DNA of 64,000 nucleotides from an uncultured Alphaproteobacteria bacterium (GCA_958295695.1 OY282363.1:1367403-1431402), one strand, 5' to 3'. Positions 29,801 through 39,999 are shown, counted from the first letter of the stretch. The notes: generated by a model not told the origin, from the sequence alone. A program made the numbers and translations.

Positions 29801-29994
29801 CGGGCGCGGAAGAGGGCGGCGGCGTCTTCGCCTTCACCTTCGGTGTCGAGGGTCCGCTGGACGGCCCGGAGATCGCGGTCAACCCCTTGTCGGTGCTCGC
29901 GCCGGGCTTTCTGCGGAACCTCTTCACCGCGCCGACGGACGACGAGGTGGAAGGGTTCTTGCGGGGAACGGGCAGGTCCGAGGGCGGCCAGTGA
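26869..29994 (+). CDS. AsmA-like / DUF3971 (YhdP-like) large envelope protein
   Basis: 1041 aa with a GTG start. It has an N-terminal TM anchor, LLIHALGASLGVATVLLAALAWRL. The body is long, beta-rich and Asp/Gly/Val/Arg-rich, as in AsmA-family proteins. The call is by pattern only. Confidence 0.65.
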   Translation: MTRRASRLLIHALGASLGVATVLLAALAWRLAQGPVALDSVTPYIEAAVNDRDFGFRIQIDEAELIWGDWQETFEIRTLGVRVLDDRGVRILAAQEVVLEMALPPLIRGEIRPRGVMLVRPRIAATRGLDGAVRLVPAAAFETGAGDAAAFGGGNLADGLLSLGDRPPFDRLVRVELLGADLLFDDRVSGLVWDATAATVSLARVGDDLELDARMLLRAERQVFDADIAARYTAGSGEVSVSCGLADFLLGGLPRLAPRLPDMAGLDIPVDGRLELVFDDGLELLRGSFHVETDGGTVALEDVFEAPLDIGPSRAQGFIRPGFSGLELADLDLGVGVERLRGRVAIDGFGPDSRIEARIDIDGLPVDDLSRYWPVGLAPNARAWVVGRISDGAVDRASIAFAAPAADLVSNDPPSGSVVIDLDVSDASVDYLPGLPPARGVDGRVAIVDDMLRVDTSGGRIEALTLARGVVTMSRLDGAEGMLIGVELSGPIANALDIAGREPLALSGRVGLDPGAVDGRFDGRLDIVLPRLTGLEADEVLYRVAADANGVALAEGPGGYRIDRGSGVLSLDAGRVLMEGDIRLNGVPFAASYRQDLAPGTGRVASLRGAVDDAGRAALGFADPVDMTGPVDIVLDMSQAADGTATWNVVADLTRIAADLPIAGVGKAAGEPGRAAVRLVDDGGAELSVEAVELDVGEISVRGVGAVRSGDMSLARLDLGRLRFGRNDVAGVLSVGEDGVLDIALAGGTVDLEPVLDRIVGAAGSQLPPFRVRGRIDRLWITDDDSARDVRIDGLHIDGYWESLAVAGATGNASPVSVAIWRSSEDQRRFEYNADDAGAALRLFGLLDNVSGGTLRMRARIDDGDPERPVAGAIGLEDFVVRDAPVLTRILSLASFPALVNALTGDGLAFNGALIPFRKTGNRVAFQDARLYGPGLGVTFRGRADLDAGLLDLDGTIVPAYLLNTVIGELPLIGDILTGAEEGGGVFAFTFGVEGPLDGPEIAVNPLSVLAPGFLRNLFTAPTDDEVEGFLRGTGRSEGGQ

Positions 29995-30000
29995 CGCCGC

Positions 30001-31254
30001 TCAGGGCGCCCGCAGCAGAACGTGCCGTTTCTTGCCCGCCGAGAGCCTGACGCCGCCGTCGGCGTCGAGATCGGCCGTCGTCACCTTGTGGAACTCGTCG
30101 GAGACCGGGACGCCGTTGACGCGCGCGCCGCCGCCCCTGATGAGCCGCCGGGCCTCGGCGTTCGACGGAGCGAGGCCGGCCTCGCGCAGGGCCTCGAACA
30201 GAAGCAGCCCCTCGCCGAGGCGCGACCTCGCGACCGCGACCGACGGCAGGCCGTCGGCCGCGCCGCCCTCCTCGAATGTCCGGCGCGCCGTTTCGGCCGC
30301 CGCCTCCGCCGCCTCCGGGCCGTGGAGGAGCGCCGTCGCCTCGTTGGCCAGCACCTTCTTGGCCTCGTTGACCTCGGCCCCCTCGAGCGCCTCCAGCCGG
30401 GCGGTCTCGTCGAGCGGCAGATCGGTGAAGAGGCGCAGGAAACGCCCGACATCGCCATCCTCGGTGTTGCGCCAGAACTGCCAGTAGTCCCAGGGCGAGC
30501 ACATCCCGGGGTCGAGCCATACGGCGCCCTCGGCCGTCTTGCCCATCTTCGCGCCCGAAGCCGTGGCGATGAGCGGCGTGGTGAGCCCGAAGAGCCGGGC
30601 GCCGGCGACGCGCCGGCCGAGCTCCACGCCGTTGACGATGTTGCCCCACTGGTCCGAGCCGCCCATCTGCAACGTGCAGCCGTAGCGGCGAAACAGCTCC
30701 ACGAAGTCGTAGCCCTGGAGAACCATGTAGTTGAATTCCAGGAAGGTGAGCGGCTGTTCGCGGTCGAGACGCAGGCGCACCGAATCCATGGCGAGCATGC
30801 GGTTGATCGTGAAATGCCGGCCGATGTCCCGGAGGAAGGGGATGTACGTCAACTCCGACAGCCACTCGTCGTTGTCGACGACGACGGCGCCGGTCTCGTC
30901 GTCGCCGAAGGCGAGGTAGCTCTCGAAGCTCTCGCGTATGCCCGCCATGTTGGCGGCGATCCGGGCGTCCGGGAGCAGCCGGCGCGTCTCGTCCTTGCCC
31001 GAGGGGTCGCCGACCTTGGTGGTGCCGCCGCCCATCAGAACGATCGGCTTGTGTCCGGCCCGCTGCATGCGGCGCAGCAGCATGATCGAGACCATGTGAC
31101 CGACGTGGAGGCTGGGAGCGGTGCAATCGTACCCGATGTAGGCCACCACGGTCCCGCCGGCGGCCTCCTCGTCCAGCGCCTCGAGATCGGTGCACTGGCG
31201 CATGAAGCCGCGGCCGACGATGTCGCGCAGGAAGTCGGACTTCAGTTCGGGCAT
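30001..31254 (-). CDS. tyrS: tyrosine--tRNA ligase
   Basis: ATG at 31254 gives [28 protein letters not shown]... It has the HIGH-type motif PSLHVGH, the KMSKS-type motif KMGKT and a C-terminal S4-like domain. Confidence 0.95.
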   Translation of the reverse strand: MPELKSDFLRDIVGRGFMRQCTDLEALDEEAAGGTVVAYIGYDCTAPSLHVGHMVSIMLLRRMQRAGHKPIVLMGGGTTKVGDPSGKDETRRLLPDARIAANMAGIRESFESYLAFGDDETGAVVVDNDEWLSELTYIPFLRDIGRHFTINRMLAMDSVRLRLDREQPLTFLEFNYMVLQGYDFVELFRRYGCTLQMGGSDQWGNIVNGVELGRRVAGARLFGLTTPLIATASGAKMGKTAEGAVWLDPGMCSPWDYWQFWRNTEDGDVGRFLRLFTDLPLDETARLEALEGAEVNEAKKVLANEATALLHGPEAAEAAAETARRTFEEGGAADGLPSVAVARSRLGEGLLLFEALREAGLAPSNAEARRLIRGGGARVNGVPVSDEFHKVTTADLDADGGVRLSAGKKRHVLLRAP

Positions 31255-31356
31255 GACGGCGTCATGGGTTGGGGGCCGTGTGCTGTAGCACGGCGACCGG
31301 GGTGTCTCAACGCGCGCGCCCGTGCCGCCGGCGTCCGTTCCGGCTATGCTTCCGCC

Positions 31357-32427
31357 ATGTCCGGCGCCACGCGAACCGCGATCGGCCTGATGAGCGGAAC
31401 GTCGCTCGACGGCGTCGACGCCGCGCTTCTGCGCAGCGACGGGAGGACCGTCGCGCGTTTCGGCCGCGTCCTGACCGTCTCCTACGACGCCGCCACGCGC
31501 GAGGCGATCCGGTCCTGCATATCCGGCGCCGGCGACGCGCCGCTGACGTCGCGCCTGCTGACGTGGAAGCATGTCGAGGCGGTCGGGGCGCTGCTGGACG
31601 CCAACGGACTGTCGGCGGACGGGATCGACGTCATCGGGTTCCACGGCCAGACCGTCGCGCACCGCCCGGCGGAGGCGCTCACTTGGCAGATCGGGGACGG
31701 CGCCCTCCTGGCCCACGAAACCGGGATCGACGTGGTCGCGGACTTCCGCGGCCGCGACATGGCGGCGGGCGGGGAGGGCGCGCCCCTGGCGCCGCTCTAC
31801 CATGCCGCGCTGGCGCGCGATCTCGACCGGGTGCCCGTCGCCGTGCTCAACATCGGCGGCGTCGCCAATGTCACCTGGATCGACGGCGACCGGATCCTCG
31901 CCTTCGACACCGGACCCGGCGGGGCGCTGCTCGACGACTGGGTCGCCTGCCGCACGGGCGAGCGATACGACCGCGCGGGCCTGCTGGCGGCCCGGGGACG
32001 GGTCCGCGACGACCGGATCGGGGCGGTGCTGGACGATCCCTGGTTTCGCCGCGCCCCGCCCAAGTCCCTCGACCGCGACGCCTTCCGCGTCGATCTTTCC
32101 GGCCTGTCGACCGAGGACGGGGCGGCCACCCTCGTCGCGCTCACCGCCGAGGCCGTCGGCCGCGCCGCTCGCCACATGCCCGCGGACCCCGCCGTCTGGA
32201 TCGTCTGCGGCGGCGGCCGTCTCAACGCCGGCGTCATGGCGGCCCTGCGCCGGCGGCTGTCCTCGCCCGTCGGGACCGCCGAGGACGTGGGCTGGAACGG
32301 CGACAGCCTCGAGGCGGAGGCTTTCGCGTTCCTGGCCGTCCGTTCGCTCGATGGTCTCCCGCTCGGCCTGCCCGCGACCACCGGCTGCCGGGAGCCGACG
32401 ACGGGCGGTGCGCTCTACCGGGCCTGA
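31357..32427 (+). CDS. anmK: anhydro-N-acetylmuramic acid kinase
   Basis: ATG 31357 within ORF 30022..32427 gives [25 protein letters not shown]... It is divergent from tyrS, the usual arrangement. Confidence 0.9.
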   Translation: MSGATRTAIGLMSGTSLDGVDAALLRSDGRTVARFGRVLTVSYDAATREAIRSCISGAGDAPLTSRLLTWKHVEAVGALLDANGLSADGIDVIGFHGQTVAHRPAEALTWQIGDGALLAHETGIDVVADFRGRDMAAGGEGAPLAPLYHAALARDLDRVPVAVLNIGGVANVTWIDGDRILAFDTGPGGALLDDWVACRTGERYDRAGLLAARGRVRDDRIGAVLDDPWFRRAPPKSLDRDAFRVDLSGLSTEDGAATLVALTAEAVGRAARHMPADPAVWIVCGGGRLNAGVMAALRRRLSSPVGTAEDVGWNGDSLEAEAFAFLAVRSLDGLPLGLPATTGCREPTTGGALYRA

Positions 32428-32442
32428 CCGCGCGGACCGGCC

Positions 32443-33081
32443 CTATCCGGCGAGCCTGCCGGAAACGTAGCGCTCCACGCGCCCTCGCAGCAGGTCCAGT
32501 TGCGTTTCGAAGAAGTGTCCCGCGCCGGAGATCGTTTCCAGGCGCGCGTCGCGGCCCTGGGCCCGGAGCGTCGAGATCAGGCCGGCCACCGAATCGGCCG
32601 GCGCGATATCGTCGGCGCCGCCCCGGACGATGAGGCCGTCGCAGGGGCAGGGGTCGAGGAAGGACCAGTCGCGTTTCGCGGCCGCGGGCGCGACCAGGAC
32701 GAAGCCCGCGACGCCCGGGCGGGCCATGAGCGCCTTCGCGGCGATCCACGCGCCGAAGGAGAAACCGGCGATCCACGCCGGACCGTGGCCGGCGTTCTCC
32801 CGCGCGATCCAGTCGAGCGCTGCCGTGGCGTCGTCCCGCTCGCCGTCGCCGCCGTCGTGGACGCCCTCGCTGCGGCCGACGCCCCGGAAGTTGAGGCGCA
32901 GGACCGAGAAGTCCAGGTCCGCGAAGCAGCGGAACAGGGTGTAGACCACCTTGTTGTTCATCGCGCCGCCGTGCAGCGGATGGGGATGCAGCACGACGGC
33001 GACGGGCGGGGCCGTGGCCCTGCTCGCCCGGTAGCGGGCCTCGAGGCGGCCCGCGGGGCCGTGGATCGCGATTTCGGGCAT
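32443..33081 (-). CDS. alpha/beta hydrolase (212 aa)
   Basis: ATG at 33081 gives [17 protein letters not shown]...[17 protein letters not shown]...[13 protein letters not shown]... The nucleophile elbow is GFSFGA. Confidence 0.75.
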   Translation of the reverse strand: MPEIAIHGPAGRLEARYRASRATAPPVAVVLHPHPLHGGAMNNKVVYTLFRCFADLDFSVLRLNFRGVGRSEGVHDGGDGERDDATAALDWIARENAGHGPAWIAGFSFGAWIAAKALMARPGVAGFVLVAPAAAKRDWSFLDPCPCDGLIVRGGADDIAPADSVAGLISTLRAQGRDARLETISGAGHFFETQLDLLRGRVERYVSGRLAG

Positions 33082-33173
33082 GGGCGGACCTCGGCCGGGA
33101 GGGGAGTGTGTAACCCGGTCGCGGCCGGCGGGGGAGAGGGAATACTTGATTCCCGGAGTCGGTCTTTCTATCT

Positions 33174-33215
33174 CTATGGTGTTTCCGTCTTCGATGGAAA
33201 CACCATGGTTTTCTT
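33174..33215 (+). terminator. intrinsic-terminator-like hairpin plus U-tract in the cysE leader (attenuator or sRNA 3' end)
   Basis: ATGGTGTTTCC-GTCTTCGAT-GGAAACACCAT is a perfect 11-bp stem, extendable to 13 bp. It is followed by GGTTTTCTTG, ~70 nt upstream of the cysE ATG. A second hairpin, GGGAAT-ACTTG-ATTCCC, lies at 33138..33154. Confidence 0.4.
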
Positions 33216-33283
33216 GTCGCCTGCGGCAAGCGGTCCCGCCGCCCGCGTTCCGGGCCCACCGCTCAACGCACGAGGACAGCAGC

Positions 33284-34012
33284 ATGTTCAGGTCGATCGG
33301 TAACGAGATCAGCGCGGTGTTCGGCCGCGACCCGGCCGTCCGTTCCCGGCTGGAGGTCGTACTGTGCTATCCGGGGTTCCACGCCATCCTGTTCTACCGC
33401 GCCAGCCACTGGCTCTGGCGTCGCGGCCTGAAGCTCCTGGGGCGGTGTGTCTCGCACCTGGGCCGCTTCTTCACGGGCATCGAGATCCATCCCGGCGCGG
33501 CCATCGGCAAGCAGCTCTTCATCGATCACGGCATGGGAGTCGTGATCGGCGAAACGACCGAGGTCGGCGATCGCGTGACGCTCTACCACGGCGTGACCCT
33601 GGGCGGGACCACCTGGAACAAGGGCAAGCGCCATCCCACGCTGGGCGACGACGTGGTGGTTGGCGCCGGCGCCAAGATCCTGGGTCCCGTCACCGTCGGC
33701 GCCGGCGCGGCGGTCGGCTCGAACGCGGTGGTCGTCAAGGATGTGCCGCCGGGCGCCACCGCGGTCGGCATTCCCGCCCGCGTCGTGGACCGGAGCGCGC
33801 CGAAGAAGGCCGACGACGCCCGCTTCGCCGCCTACGGCGCCGCCACGCCCGACATGCCGGACCCGGTCAGCAAGGCGATCAACGGCCTACTGGAGCACAT
33901 CGCCGGGCTCGACGCCCGGATCGCGGAGCTGGAAGGCGGGGCGGACCGCCGGCCGGCCGATGTCGCGCCGGTCAACGACGACGAGGCCGCCGGCCGGCGG
34001 GCGGACGGCTAG
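33284..34012 (+). CDS. cysE: serine O-acetyltransferase
   Basis: ATG 33284 gives [45 protein letters not shown]... Hexapeptide repeats follow ([38 protein letters not shown]). Confidence 0.9.
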   Translation: MFRSIGNEISAVFGRDPAVRSRLEVVLCYPGFHAILFYRASHWLWRRGLKLLGRCVSHLGRFFTGIEIHPGAAIGKQLFIDHGMGVVIGETTEVGDRVTLYHGVTLGGTTWNKGKRHPTLGDDVVVGAGAKILGPVTVGAGAAVGSNAVVVKDVPPGATAVGIPARVVDRSAPKKADDARFAAYGAATPDMPDPVSKAINGLLEHIAGLDARIAELEGGADRRPADVAPVNDDEAAGRRADG

Positions 34013-34030
34013 GTCTGGGGACGCGCGGCG

Positions 34031-34480
34031 ATGAAGCTCGGCTCGAAGGGGCGTTACGCGGTGATGGCGATGGTCGACCTCGGGGTCCACGGCCGGGACC
34101 GCACCGTGCCGCTGGCCGAGATCGCCGCGCGCCAGGAGATCTCGCTGAGCTACCTGGAACAGCTCTTCGCGCGGCTGAGGCGGCGCGGCCTCGTGTCCAG
34201 CGTCCGCGGCCCCGGCGGCGGCTACCGGCTGGCCCGGCCGCTCGACTCGATCTCGATCCTGGACGTGGTCGACGCGGTCGACGAATCGATGCGCGTCACG
34301 CGGTGCGACGACAGCGCGCCGCGGGTGGGCTGCATGAAGGACCGCGGCAAGTGCCTGACCCACGATCTCTGGGCCGACCTGGGCGAGCACATCCGCCGGT
34401 TCCTCGGAGAGGTGACGCTGGAGCATGTCTGCGAGCGGCGGCCGTGTCCGGCCCGGGCGCAACTCTGGGCGGCGGAATGA
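34031..34480 (+). CDS. iscR: Rrf2-family Fe-S-cluster-assembly transcriptional regulator (IscR-like)
   Basis: 149 aa. MKLGSKGRYAVMAMVDLGVHG...IAARQEISLSYLEQLFARLRRRGLVSSVRGPGGGYRLA. The Cys cluster reads RCDDSAPRVGCMKDRGKC. Confidence 0.85.
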   Translation: MKLGSKGRYAVMAMVDLGVHGRDRTVPLAEIAARQEISLSYLEQLFARLRRRGLVSSVRGPGGGYRLARPLDSISILDVVDAVDESMRVTRCDDSAPRVGCMKDRGKCLTHDLWADLGEHIRRFLGEVTLEHVCERRPCPARAQLWAAE

Positions 34481-34493
34481 ACGCCGGGGTCCG

Positions 34494-35591
34494 GTGAGAA
34501 CCTACCTCGACCACAACGCCACGTCGCCCGCGCGCCCAGAGGCGTGCGACGCGGCCGTGGCGGCGATGTCCCTGGCCGGGAATCCATCGTCGGCGCACCG
34601 GGAGGGCCGCAAGGCCCGCGCCTTGGTCGAGGACGCCCGGGAGGCCGTGGCGGCGCTGGTCGACGCGGGGCCGCGCGAGGCGGTCTTCACGTCGGGGGGG
34701 ACCGAGGCCAACAACCTCGCGCTGCTGGGCTGCGGCCGGCCGCGCGTGCTGGTCTCGGCGGTCGAGCACCCCTCGGTGCTCCAGGCCGCGCCCTTCGCCG
34801 AGCGGATCGCCGTCGACCGCGAGGGGCGCATCGACCTTTCCGATCTCGATGCGCGGCTGGCGTCCGACGACGCGCCGGCGCTGGTCTCGGTGATGGCGGC
34901 GAACAACGAGACCGGCGTCCTGCAGCCCCTGCGCGAGGTGCTGCGTCTCGCGCGCGGCCATGGCGCGCTGATCCACTGCGACGCGGTCCAGGCCGCGGGC
35001 CGGACCGGCGGCGGCTGGAGCGCGGCGGACCTGTTGACGCTGTCCTCGCACAAGCTGGGCGGCCTGCAGGGCGCCGGGGCGCTCGTCGTCCGGGACGGCC
35101 TGCCCCTCGCCGCCCGGATCCGCGGCGGCGGCCAGGAGTTCGGCCTGCGCGCGGGAACCGAGGCGCTGCCGGCGCTGGCGGCCTTCGGCGCGGCGTGCCG
35201 CGCCGCCCGCGACGACGACTGGGAGAGGGTCCGCGCGTTGCGCGACGACCTGGAGGCGCGCCTGCTCGCGGCCGCTCCCGGCGCCGAGGTCCTGGGGGCC
35301 GGCGCCGGACGCCTGCCCAACACGACCGCGATCGCCCATCCGGCGGTCGATGCGCCCACCATGGTGATGAGCCTCGACCTGGAGGGCGTCGCGGTCAGCG
35401 CCGGCGCGGCCTGCTCGTCGGGCAAGATGGCGGCCTCGCACGTCGCCGAGGCCATGGGGCGCGGCGACCTCGCGCGGCGCGCCGTGAGGTTCAGCCTCGG
35501 CCGGTCGACGACGCTGGAGGACTGCGCCCGCGCCGTCGCCGCCTGGACCGCCATCCACGACCGCCTGGCCCGGCCGTCCCATGCCGCCTGA
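34494..35591 (+). CDS. cysteine desulfurase (NifS-like, class V aminotransferase fold)
   Basis: GTG 34494 gives VRTYLDHNATSPARPEA... The PLP-lysine motif is LSSHKLGG and the catalytic Cys loop is SAGAACSSG. Confidence 0.85.
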   Translation: MRTYLDHNATSPARPEACDAAVAAMSLAGNPSSAHREGRKARALVEDAREAVAALVDAGPREAVFTSGGTEANNLALLGCGRPRVLVSAVEHPSVLQAAPFAERIAVDREGRIDLSDLDARLASDDAPALVSVMAANNETGVLQPLREVLRLARGHGALIHCDAVQAAGRTGGGWSAADLLTLSSHKLGGLQGAGALVVRDGLPLAARIRGGGQEFGLRAGTEALPALAAFGAACRAARDDDWERVRALRDDLEARLLAAAPGAEVLGAGAGRLPNTTAIAHPAVDAPTMVMSLDLEGVAVSAGAACSSGKMAASHVAEAMGRGDLARRAVRFSLGRSTTLEDCARAVAAWTAIHDRLARPSHAA

Positions 35592-36783
35592 CGACGCGAT
35601 GGAACACGCCGGCGTCGGGACCCCGGTCTATCTCGACCATCACGCCACGACGCCCGTGGACCCGCGCGTGCTGGAGGTCATGACGCCGTGGTTCGCGGAG
35701 CGGTTCGGCAACCCGCACTCCACGAGCCACGCGTTCGGCCATGAGGCGGCCGAGGCGGTCGAGACGGCCCGCGGCCACGTCGCGGCCCTGATCGGCGCCG
35801 ACCCGCGCGAGATCGTCTTCACCTCGGGCGCCACCGAATCGAACAATCTCGCGATCAAGGGGGCGGCGCGTTTCGAGCGCAGGCGCCGGAACCGGCGCAA
35901 CAAGCTCGTGACGCTGGCGAGCGAGCACAAGTGCGTCATCGAGAGCGTCGGAGACATGGCCGCCGAGGGCTTCGAGACCCGGATCCTGCCGGTGCGCGGC
36001 GACGGCCTGGTCGATCCCGATGAGCTCCACCGCGCCGTCGACGACAGCACGATCCTGGTCTCCGTCATGGCGGCCAACAACGAGATCGGCGTCCTGCAGC
36101 CCATCGAGGCCGTCGGCGCGCTCGCCCGGGCGCGCGGCGCGCTGTTCCACACCGACGCGGCCCAGGCCGCGGGCAAGGCGCCGCTGGACGTGAACGCGGC
36201 CGGGATCGACCTTCTCAGCATCTCGGGCCACAAGCTGTACGGGCCGAAGGGCATCGGCGCGCTCTACGCCAGACGCCGGCCCCGGGCGCGGATCGAGCCG
36301 CTCTTCTCCGGCGGCGGGCAGGAGCGCGCCCTGCGTTCGGGCACGGTTCCCGCGCCCCTGGCGGTCGGGCTCGGCGAGGCCTGCCGGATCGCGCGCGAGG
36401 AGATGGCGGCCGAGGGCGACCGCTTGAGCGCGCTGAGCGCCCGGTTCTTGAAGGGGCTCCAGGAGCGCATCGACGGCGTGGCGGTCAACGGCGACCGGTG
36501 CCGGCGGTTGCCCGGCAACATCAGCATCCGCCTGGACGGCGTCGACGCCCTCGGGCTGATCGATCTGGTGCCGGACCTGGCGTTCTCGACCGGTTCGGCC
36601 TGCACCTCCGCGGCGGTGGAACCGTCCCACGTTCTCCGCGCGATCGGTCTCGGCGACGAGGAGGCGGCCTCGTCGGTGCGCCTCGGCCTCGGCCGCTTCA
36701 CGACGGCCGGCGAGGTCGATTTCGCGGTCGATCATCTGGCCGAGGCCATCCGGGCCTGCCGCCGGGCGATGTCCGCGGCCTGA
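35581..36783 (+). CDS. iscS: cysteine desulfurase IscS
   Basis: 400 aa. It contains [48 protein letters not shown] and the catalytic loop [17 protein letters not shown]. Confidence 0.9.
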   Translation: MPPDDAMEHAGVGTPVYLDHHATTPVDPRVLEVMTPWFAERFGNPHSTSHAFGHEAAEAVETARGHVAALIGADPREIVFTSGATESNNLAIKGAARFERRRRNRRNKLVTLASEHKCVIESVGDMAAEGFETRILPVRGDGLVDPDELHRAVDDSTILVSVMAANNEIGVLQPIEAVGALARARGALFHTDAAQAAGKAPLDVNAAGIDLLSISGHKLYGPKGIGALYARRRPRARIEPLFSGGGQERALRSGTVPAPLAVGLGEACRIAREEMAAEGDRLSALSARFLKGLQERIDGVAVNGDRCRRLPGNISIRLDGVDALGLIDLVPDLAFSTGSACTSAAVEPSHVLRAIGLGDEEAASSVRLGLGRFTTAGEVDFAVDHLAEAIRACRRAMSAA

Positions 36784-36854
36784 CGGATATCCCGGCCGTG
36801 GTGGACGCACAGGGCCGATTCCGGCTAAGAGCGCGGCCTGACCGGGAGCGATTC

Positions 36855-37187
36855 ATGCCCAGGGTGACCTTCGTCGCGCAGGACGGCAACCGCGTCGAGA
36901 TCGACGCCCCCGAAGGGCTGTCCCTGCTGGAGATCGCGCGCAAGCACGACATCGACATCGAAGGAGCGTGCGAGGGATCGCTGGCGTGCTCGACCTGCCA
37001 CGTGATCGTCGATCCGGACGACTTCGAACGGCTTGAGGAGCCGACCGAGGACGAGGAAGACATGCTCGACCTGGCCTTCGGCCTGACGCGGACCTCGCGT
37101 CTGGGCTGCCAGATCGTGCTGACCGAGGAGCTCGACGGTCTGACGGTCACTCTGCCGGTGGAAACCCGCAACCTCCTGCTCGACTGA
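36855..37187 (+). CDS. fdx: 2Fe-2S ferredoxin (adrenodoxin/Fdx type)
   Basis: ATG 36855 gives [50 protein letters not shown]...RLGCQI, which carries the C-x5-C-x2-C...C ligands. Confidence 0.9.
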   Translation: MPRVTFVAQDGNRVEIDAPEGLSLLEIARKHDIDIEGACEGSLACSTCHVIVDPDDFERLEEPTEDEEDMLDLAFGLTRTSRLGCQIVLTEELDGLTVTLPVETRNLLLD

Positions 37188-37188
37188 C

Positions 37189-38565
37189 ATGACGGCGCCG
37201 GACGTGGAGCGCGGCGGCGCGGTCCTCGGCCGCCGTCCGGTCTGGCTCGGGGGCGCCCTGGGCGGGATCCTGCTGCGCCCCTGGCTCGACAAGGCGATCC
37301 TGTCGGCCATGGTCGGGTCCTACTTTCCGCTCTCGCGCCTCTGGGCGGCGGCGGAGCTGGCCGGCGGCGATCCCGACCGTCTGGCCGCGGAGACGCCCAT
37401 GCGGCCCGCGAAAGGCCGGGCCAGGGACCGCCTGCGCCGGGCCCTGCTCGACGTCGCCGCCCGGCGCGCGGCGGCGGCCGAGGCCGAGAACCGGTGGCGC
37501 GACGCCCTGTTCGGCGCGTCCGGCGAGGACGGACGGCGCCGGGCGGAACGCGAAAGGCGGGCGGCGAGCGCCCGCTACATGGCGGGACGGTCCCGATTCC
37601 GGGCCTGGCGGCGGAACGCGCCGCCGGTCCTCTTCACGCCCCGTGGGCCCGAGCACGCCCATCGGCATTTCGGCGAGCATCGCGGCAATCCCGCCGGCCT
37701 CTTCCGGGCCGCCGAAGCGAGCGTCGAAGTGTCCGCGGCGGTCTCCGGCCACGGCCTGGTCGAGCGCTGGGTCCGCTTCGACAGCCCTTGCGGAGGGGCC
37801 GGCGACATCGCATGGGCCCATGTCTTCGAGCCCGAGGACGGCTACGACCACACGGTCGTCCTGTGCCACGGGATCGGCATGGAGGCCGAAGTCCTGGCCC
37901 ACGGTCTCCACATGGCTCCCGCCCTCGTGGAGCGCGGCATCCGGGTTGTCGAGCCCGAGGCGCCGTGGCACAGCCGGCGGCGCCCGCCGGGACGGCATGG
38001 CGGCGAGCCCTTCATGGCCCTCGGTCCCGTCGGCGCGCTCGGGATGTTCGCCGCCCACGTGCGCGAGATCGCGACGCTGATCGGCTGGGCGCGGGACGCC
38101 GGGCGTGGACGGGTCGGCGTGGGCGGCGTCAGCCTGGGCGCGCTGAACAGCCAGTTGGCGGTGCGGCACGCGGCCTCCTGGCCGGACCGCATGCGCCCCG
38201 ACGCGGCGCTCCTCGTCACGACCACCGAAAGGCTGGGCGATCTCGCATGGAACAGCGGCTTCTCGCGCGGGCTGGGCGCCGCCGGCGAACTGATCCGGGC
38301 CGGCTGGACGCCGGAGCGACTCGACGAATGGACGCCGCTGCTCGCGCCGGTGGGCGAGCCGTCGATCGATCCCGGCCGGATCGTCGTGGCGTTGGGCACG
38401 GCCGACGACATCATGCCCTACGCTGGCGGCCGTTCCCTCGCGCGGCGCTGGCGCATCCCGCCAGAAAACCTGTTCGAGAGCTGGCAGGGCCATTTCAGCA
38501 AGGCCCTCGGCCTGGGCCGAGATCCCGCGCCCTATGCGCGGCTGGCCGCGATCCTGCGGTCTTGA
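37189..38565 (+). CDS. hypothetical protein with C-terminal alpha/beta-hydrolase-like domain
   Basis: 458 aa, starting 1 nt after the fdx stop. The N-terminal ~170 aa are Arg/Ala-rich and helical. The C-terminal part has [10 protein letters not shown] and the nucleophile-elbow-like GGVSLGA. Confidence 0.55.
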   Translation: MTAPDVERGGAVLGRRPVWLGGALGGILLRPWLDKAILSAMVGSYFPLSRLWAAAELAGGDPDRLAAETPMRPAKGRARDRLRRALLDVAARRAAAAEAENRWRDALFGASGEDGRRRAERERRAASARYMAGRSRFRAWRRNAPPVLFTPRGPEHAHRHFGEHRGNPAGLFRAAEASVEVSAAVSGHGLVERWVRFDSPCGGAGDIAWAHVFEPEDGYDHTVVLCHGIGMEAEVLAHGLHMAPALVERGIRVVEPEAPWHSRRRPPGRHGGEPFMALGPVGALGMFAAHVREIATLIGWARDAGRGRVGVGGVSLGALNSQLAVRHAASWPDRMRPDAALLVTTTERLGDLAWNSGFSRGLGAAGELIRAGWTPERLDEWTPLLAPVGEPSIDPGRIVVALGTADDIMPYAGGRSLARRWRIPPENLFESWQGHFSKALGLGRDPAPYARLAAILRS

Positions 38566-38596
38566 CCGCGCCGTCGCCGCGACCATCTTGCGCTCC

Positions 38597-39727
38597 ATGA
38601 ACGCGCTGGGGATCGACAAGGCGCCCGGAGCCGCCCGCGTCGTCGTCGCCATGTCGGGCGGAGTCGACAGCTCCGTCACGGCCGCGCTCGCGGTCGAGCG
38701 GGGCTACGAGACCGTCGGCGTCACGCTGCAGCTCTACGACCACGGCCGGGCGGTGGGCCGGCCGGGGACGTGCTGCGCGGGCGCGGACATCCACGACGCC
38801 CGGCGCGTGGCCTCCGCGCTCGACATCCCGCATTTCGTGCTCGACTACGAAAGCCGTTTCCGCGAGGCGGTGATGGACGATTTCGCCGACACCTACCTCG
38901 CCGGCGAGACGCCGGTCCCCTGCGTGCGGTGCAACCAGACGGTCAAGTTCACCGATCTCCTGCGAACGGCGCGCGACCTGGGCGCCGACGCGCTCGCCAC
39001 CGGCCACTACGCGCGCCGCATCGACGGCCCCGGAGGGCCGGAACTGCATCGCGGCGCGGAGACGGCGCGGGACCAGAGCTACTTCCTGTTCGCCACCACG
39101 CCGGAGCAGCTCGGGCTGCTGCGTTTCCCCCTCGGCGGCATGACCAAGGACGAGACGCGGGCGCACGCCCGCCGCCTGGGCCTCGCGGTCGGCGACAAGC
39201 CCGACAGCCAGGACATCTGCTTCGCGCCCCGGGGGCGCTACGCCGACGTCGTCGCCCGGCTGCGCCCCGGCGCCGCCGAACCCGGCGACATCGTCGACCT
39301 GGAGGGCCGGGTGCTGGGCCGCCACGAGGGCGTCGTCCACTACACCGTCGGCCAGAGGAAGGGGCTGGGGATCGCGGCGGCCGGGCCGCTCTTCGTCGTC
39401 GGGATCGACGCGGAGGAGCGCCGGGTGACCGTCGGCCCGCGCGACGCCCTGATGAAGACCGGCCTCACGATCCGCGAGGTGAACTGGCTCGGGCGCGGCC
39501 CCATGCCCGGCGGCGGGTTCGCCTGCGCGGTCAAGCTGCGGTCGGCCCAGCCGCCCCTGGCGGCCCGTGTCGCGCCGCTCCCCGGCGGACGCGCGCGGGT
39601 CGACCTCGCCGCGCCCGCCGAGGCCGTCGCCCCCGGCCAGGCCTGCGTCCTCTACGACGGCGACCGGGTCCTGGGCGGCGGCTGGATCGAACGGCCGGCG
39701 CTGCGGGAGCACGGGGCCGCGGCCTGA
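38597..39727 (+). CDS. mnmA: tRNA 2-thiouridine(34) synthase
   Basis: ATG 38597 gives [27 protein letters not shown] (PP-loop). It also has ...[14 protein letters not shown]...[11 protein letters not shown]. Confidence 0.9.
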   Translation: MNALGIDKAPGAARVVVAMSGGVDSSVTAALAVERGYETVGVTLQLYDHGRAVGRPGTCCAGADIHDARRVASALDIPHFVLDYESRFREAVMDDFADTYLAGETPVPCVRCNQTVKFTDLLRTARDLGADALATGHYARRIDGPGGPELHRGAETARDQSYFLFATTPEQLGLLRFPLGGMTKDETRAHARRLGLAVGDKPDSQDICFAPRGRYADVVARLRPGAAEPGDIVDLEGRVLGRHEGVVHYTVGQRKGLGIAAAGPLFVVGIDAEERRVTVGPRDALMKTGLTIREVNWLGRGPMPGGGFACAVKLRSAQPPLAARVAPLPGGRARVDLAAPAEAVAPGQACVLYDGDRVLGGGWIERPALREHGAAA

Positions 39728-39807
39728 CGGAGCGGCGCTCGGGATGAGGGGAAAGGCGGGCACCCCGTCCCGAGCAGGCGCGAAGCGCCGTATCGAGGGA
39801 CGCCGGC

Positions 39808-39836
39808 TTGACTCGCCCCGGCTCGCTTTCTATATG
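39808..39836 (+). promoter_or_regulatory. sigma70-like promoter for the tRNA gene
   Basis: TTGACT (39808..39813), a 17-nt spacer, then TATATG (39831..39836). The mature tRNA 5' end lies 18 nt downstream. Confidence 0.45.
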
Positions 39837-39853
39837 CGTCCGGCCTTTCCCGT

Positions 39854-39929
39854 GGCGGAGTAGCTCAGTCGGTAGAGCAGGGGAATCATAATCCCTGTGT
39901 CGGGGGTTCGAGTCCCTCCTCCGCTACCA
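39854..39929 (+). tRNA. tRNA with CAU anticodon (most likely elongator tRNA-Met; tRNA-Ile2/lysidine not excluded)
   Basis: Hand-folded cloverleaf: GGCGGAG-TA-GCTC-AGTCGGTA-GAGC-A-GGGGA-ATCATAA-TCCCT-GTGTC-GGGGG-TTCGAGT-CCCTC-CTCCGCT-A-CCA (76 nt). CCA is encoded. Position 1:72 is a G-U pair. The C1xA72 mismatch and triple G-C anticodon stem of initiator tRNA are absent. Confidence 0.85.
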
Positions 39930-39999
39930 TCTCCGCCCGCCCGTCCGGGGGAGACCGCGTGGCGGGGGTTCGGAGCCCGGCAATTCGGGGAAGCCAGAC

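Noticed and set aside
30022-31356. 445-aa N-terminal extension of the anmK ORF (801-aa ORF 30022..32427)
   Set aside because: It is antisense to tyrS and compositionally non-protein-like. The AnmK-like sequence starts at [21 protein letters not shown] (31357).
33176-33283. Upstream in-frame ATGs that would extend CysE by ~36 residues (or encode a Cys-containing leader peptide)
   Set aside because: Serine acetyltransferases of this type start at the M-F-x-x-I...RDPA pattern found at 33284. The upstream ATGs lie inside the hairpin arms, and there is no separate stop codon to define a leader peptide.
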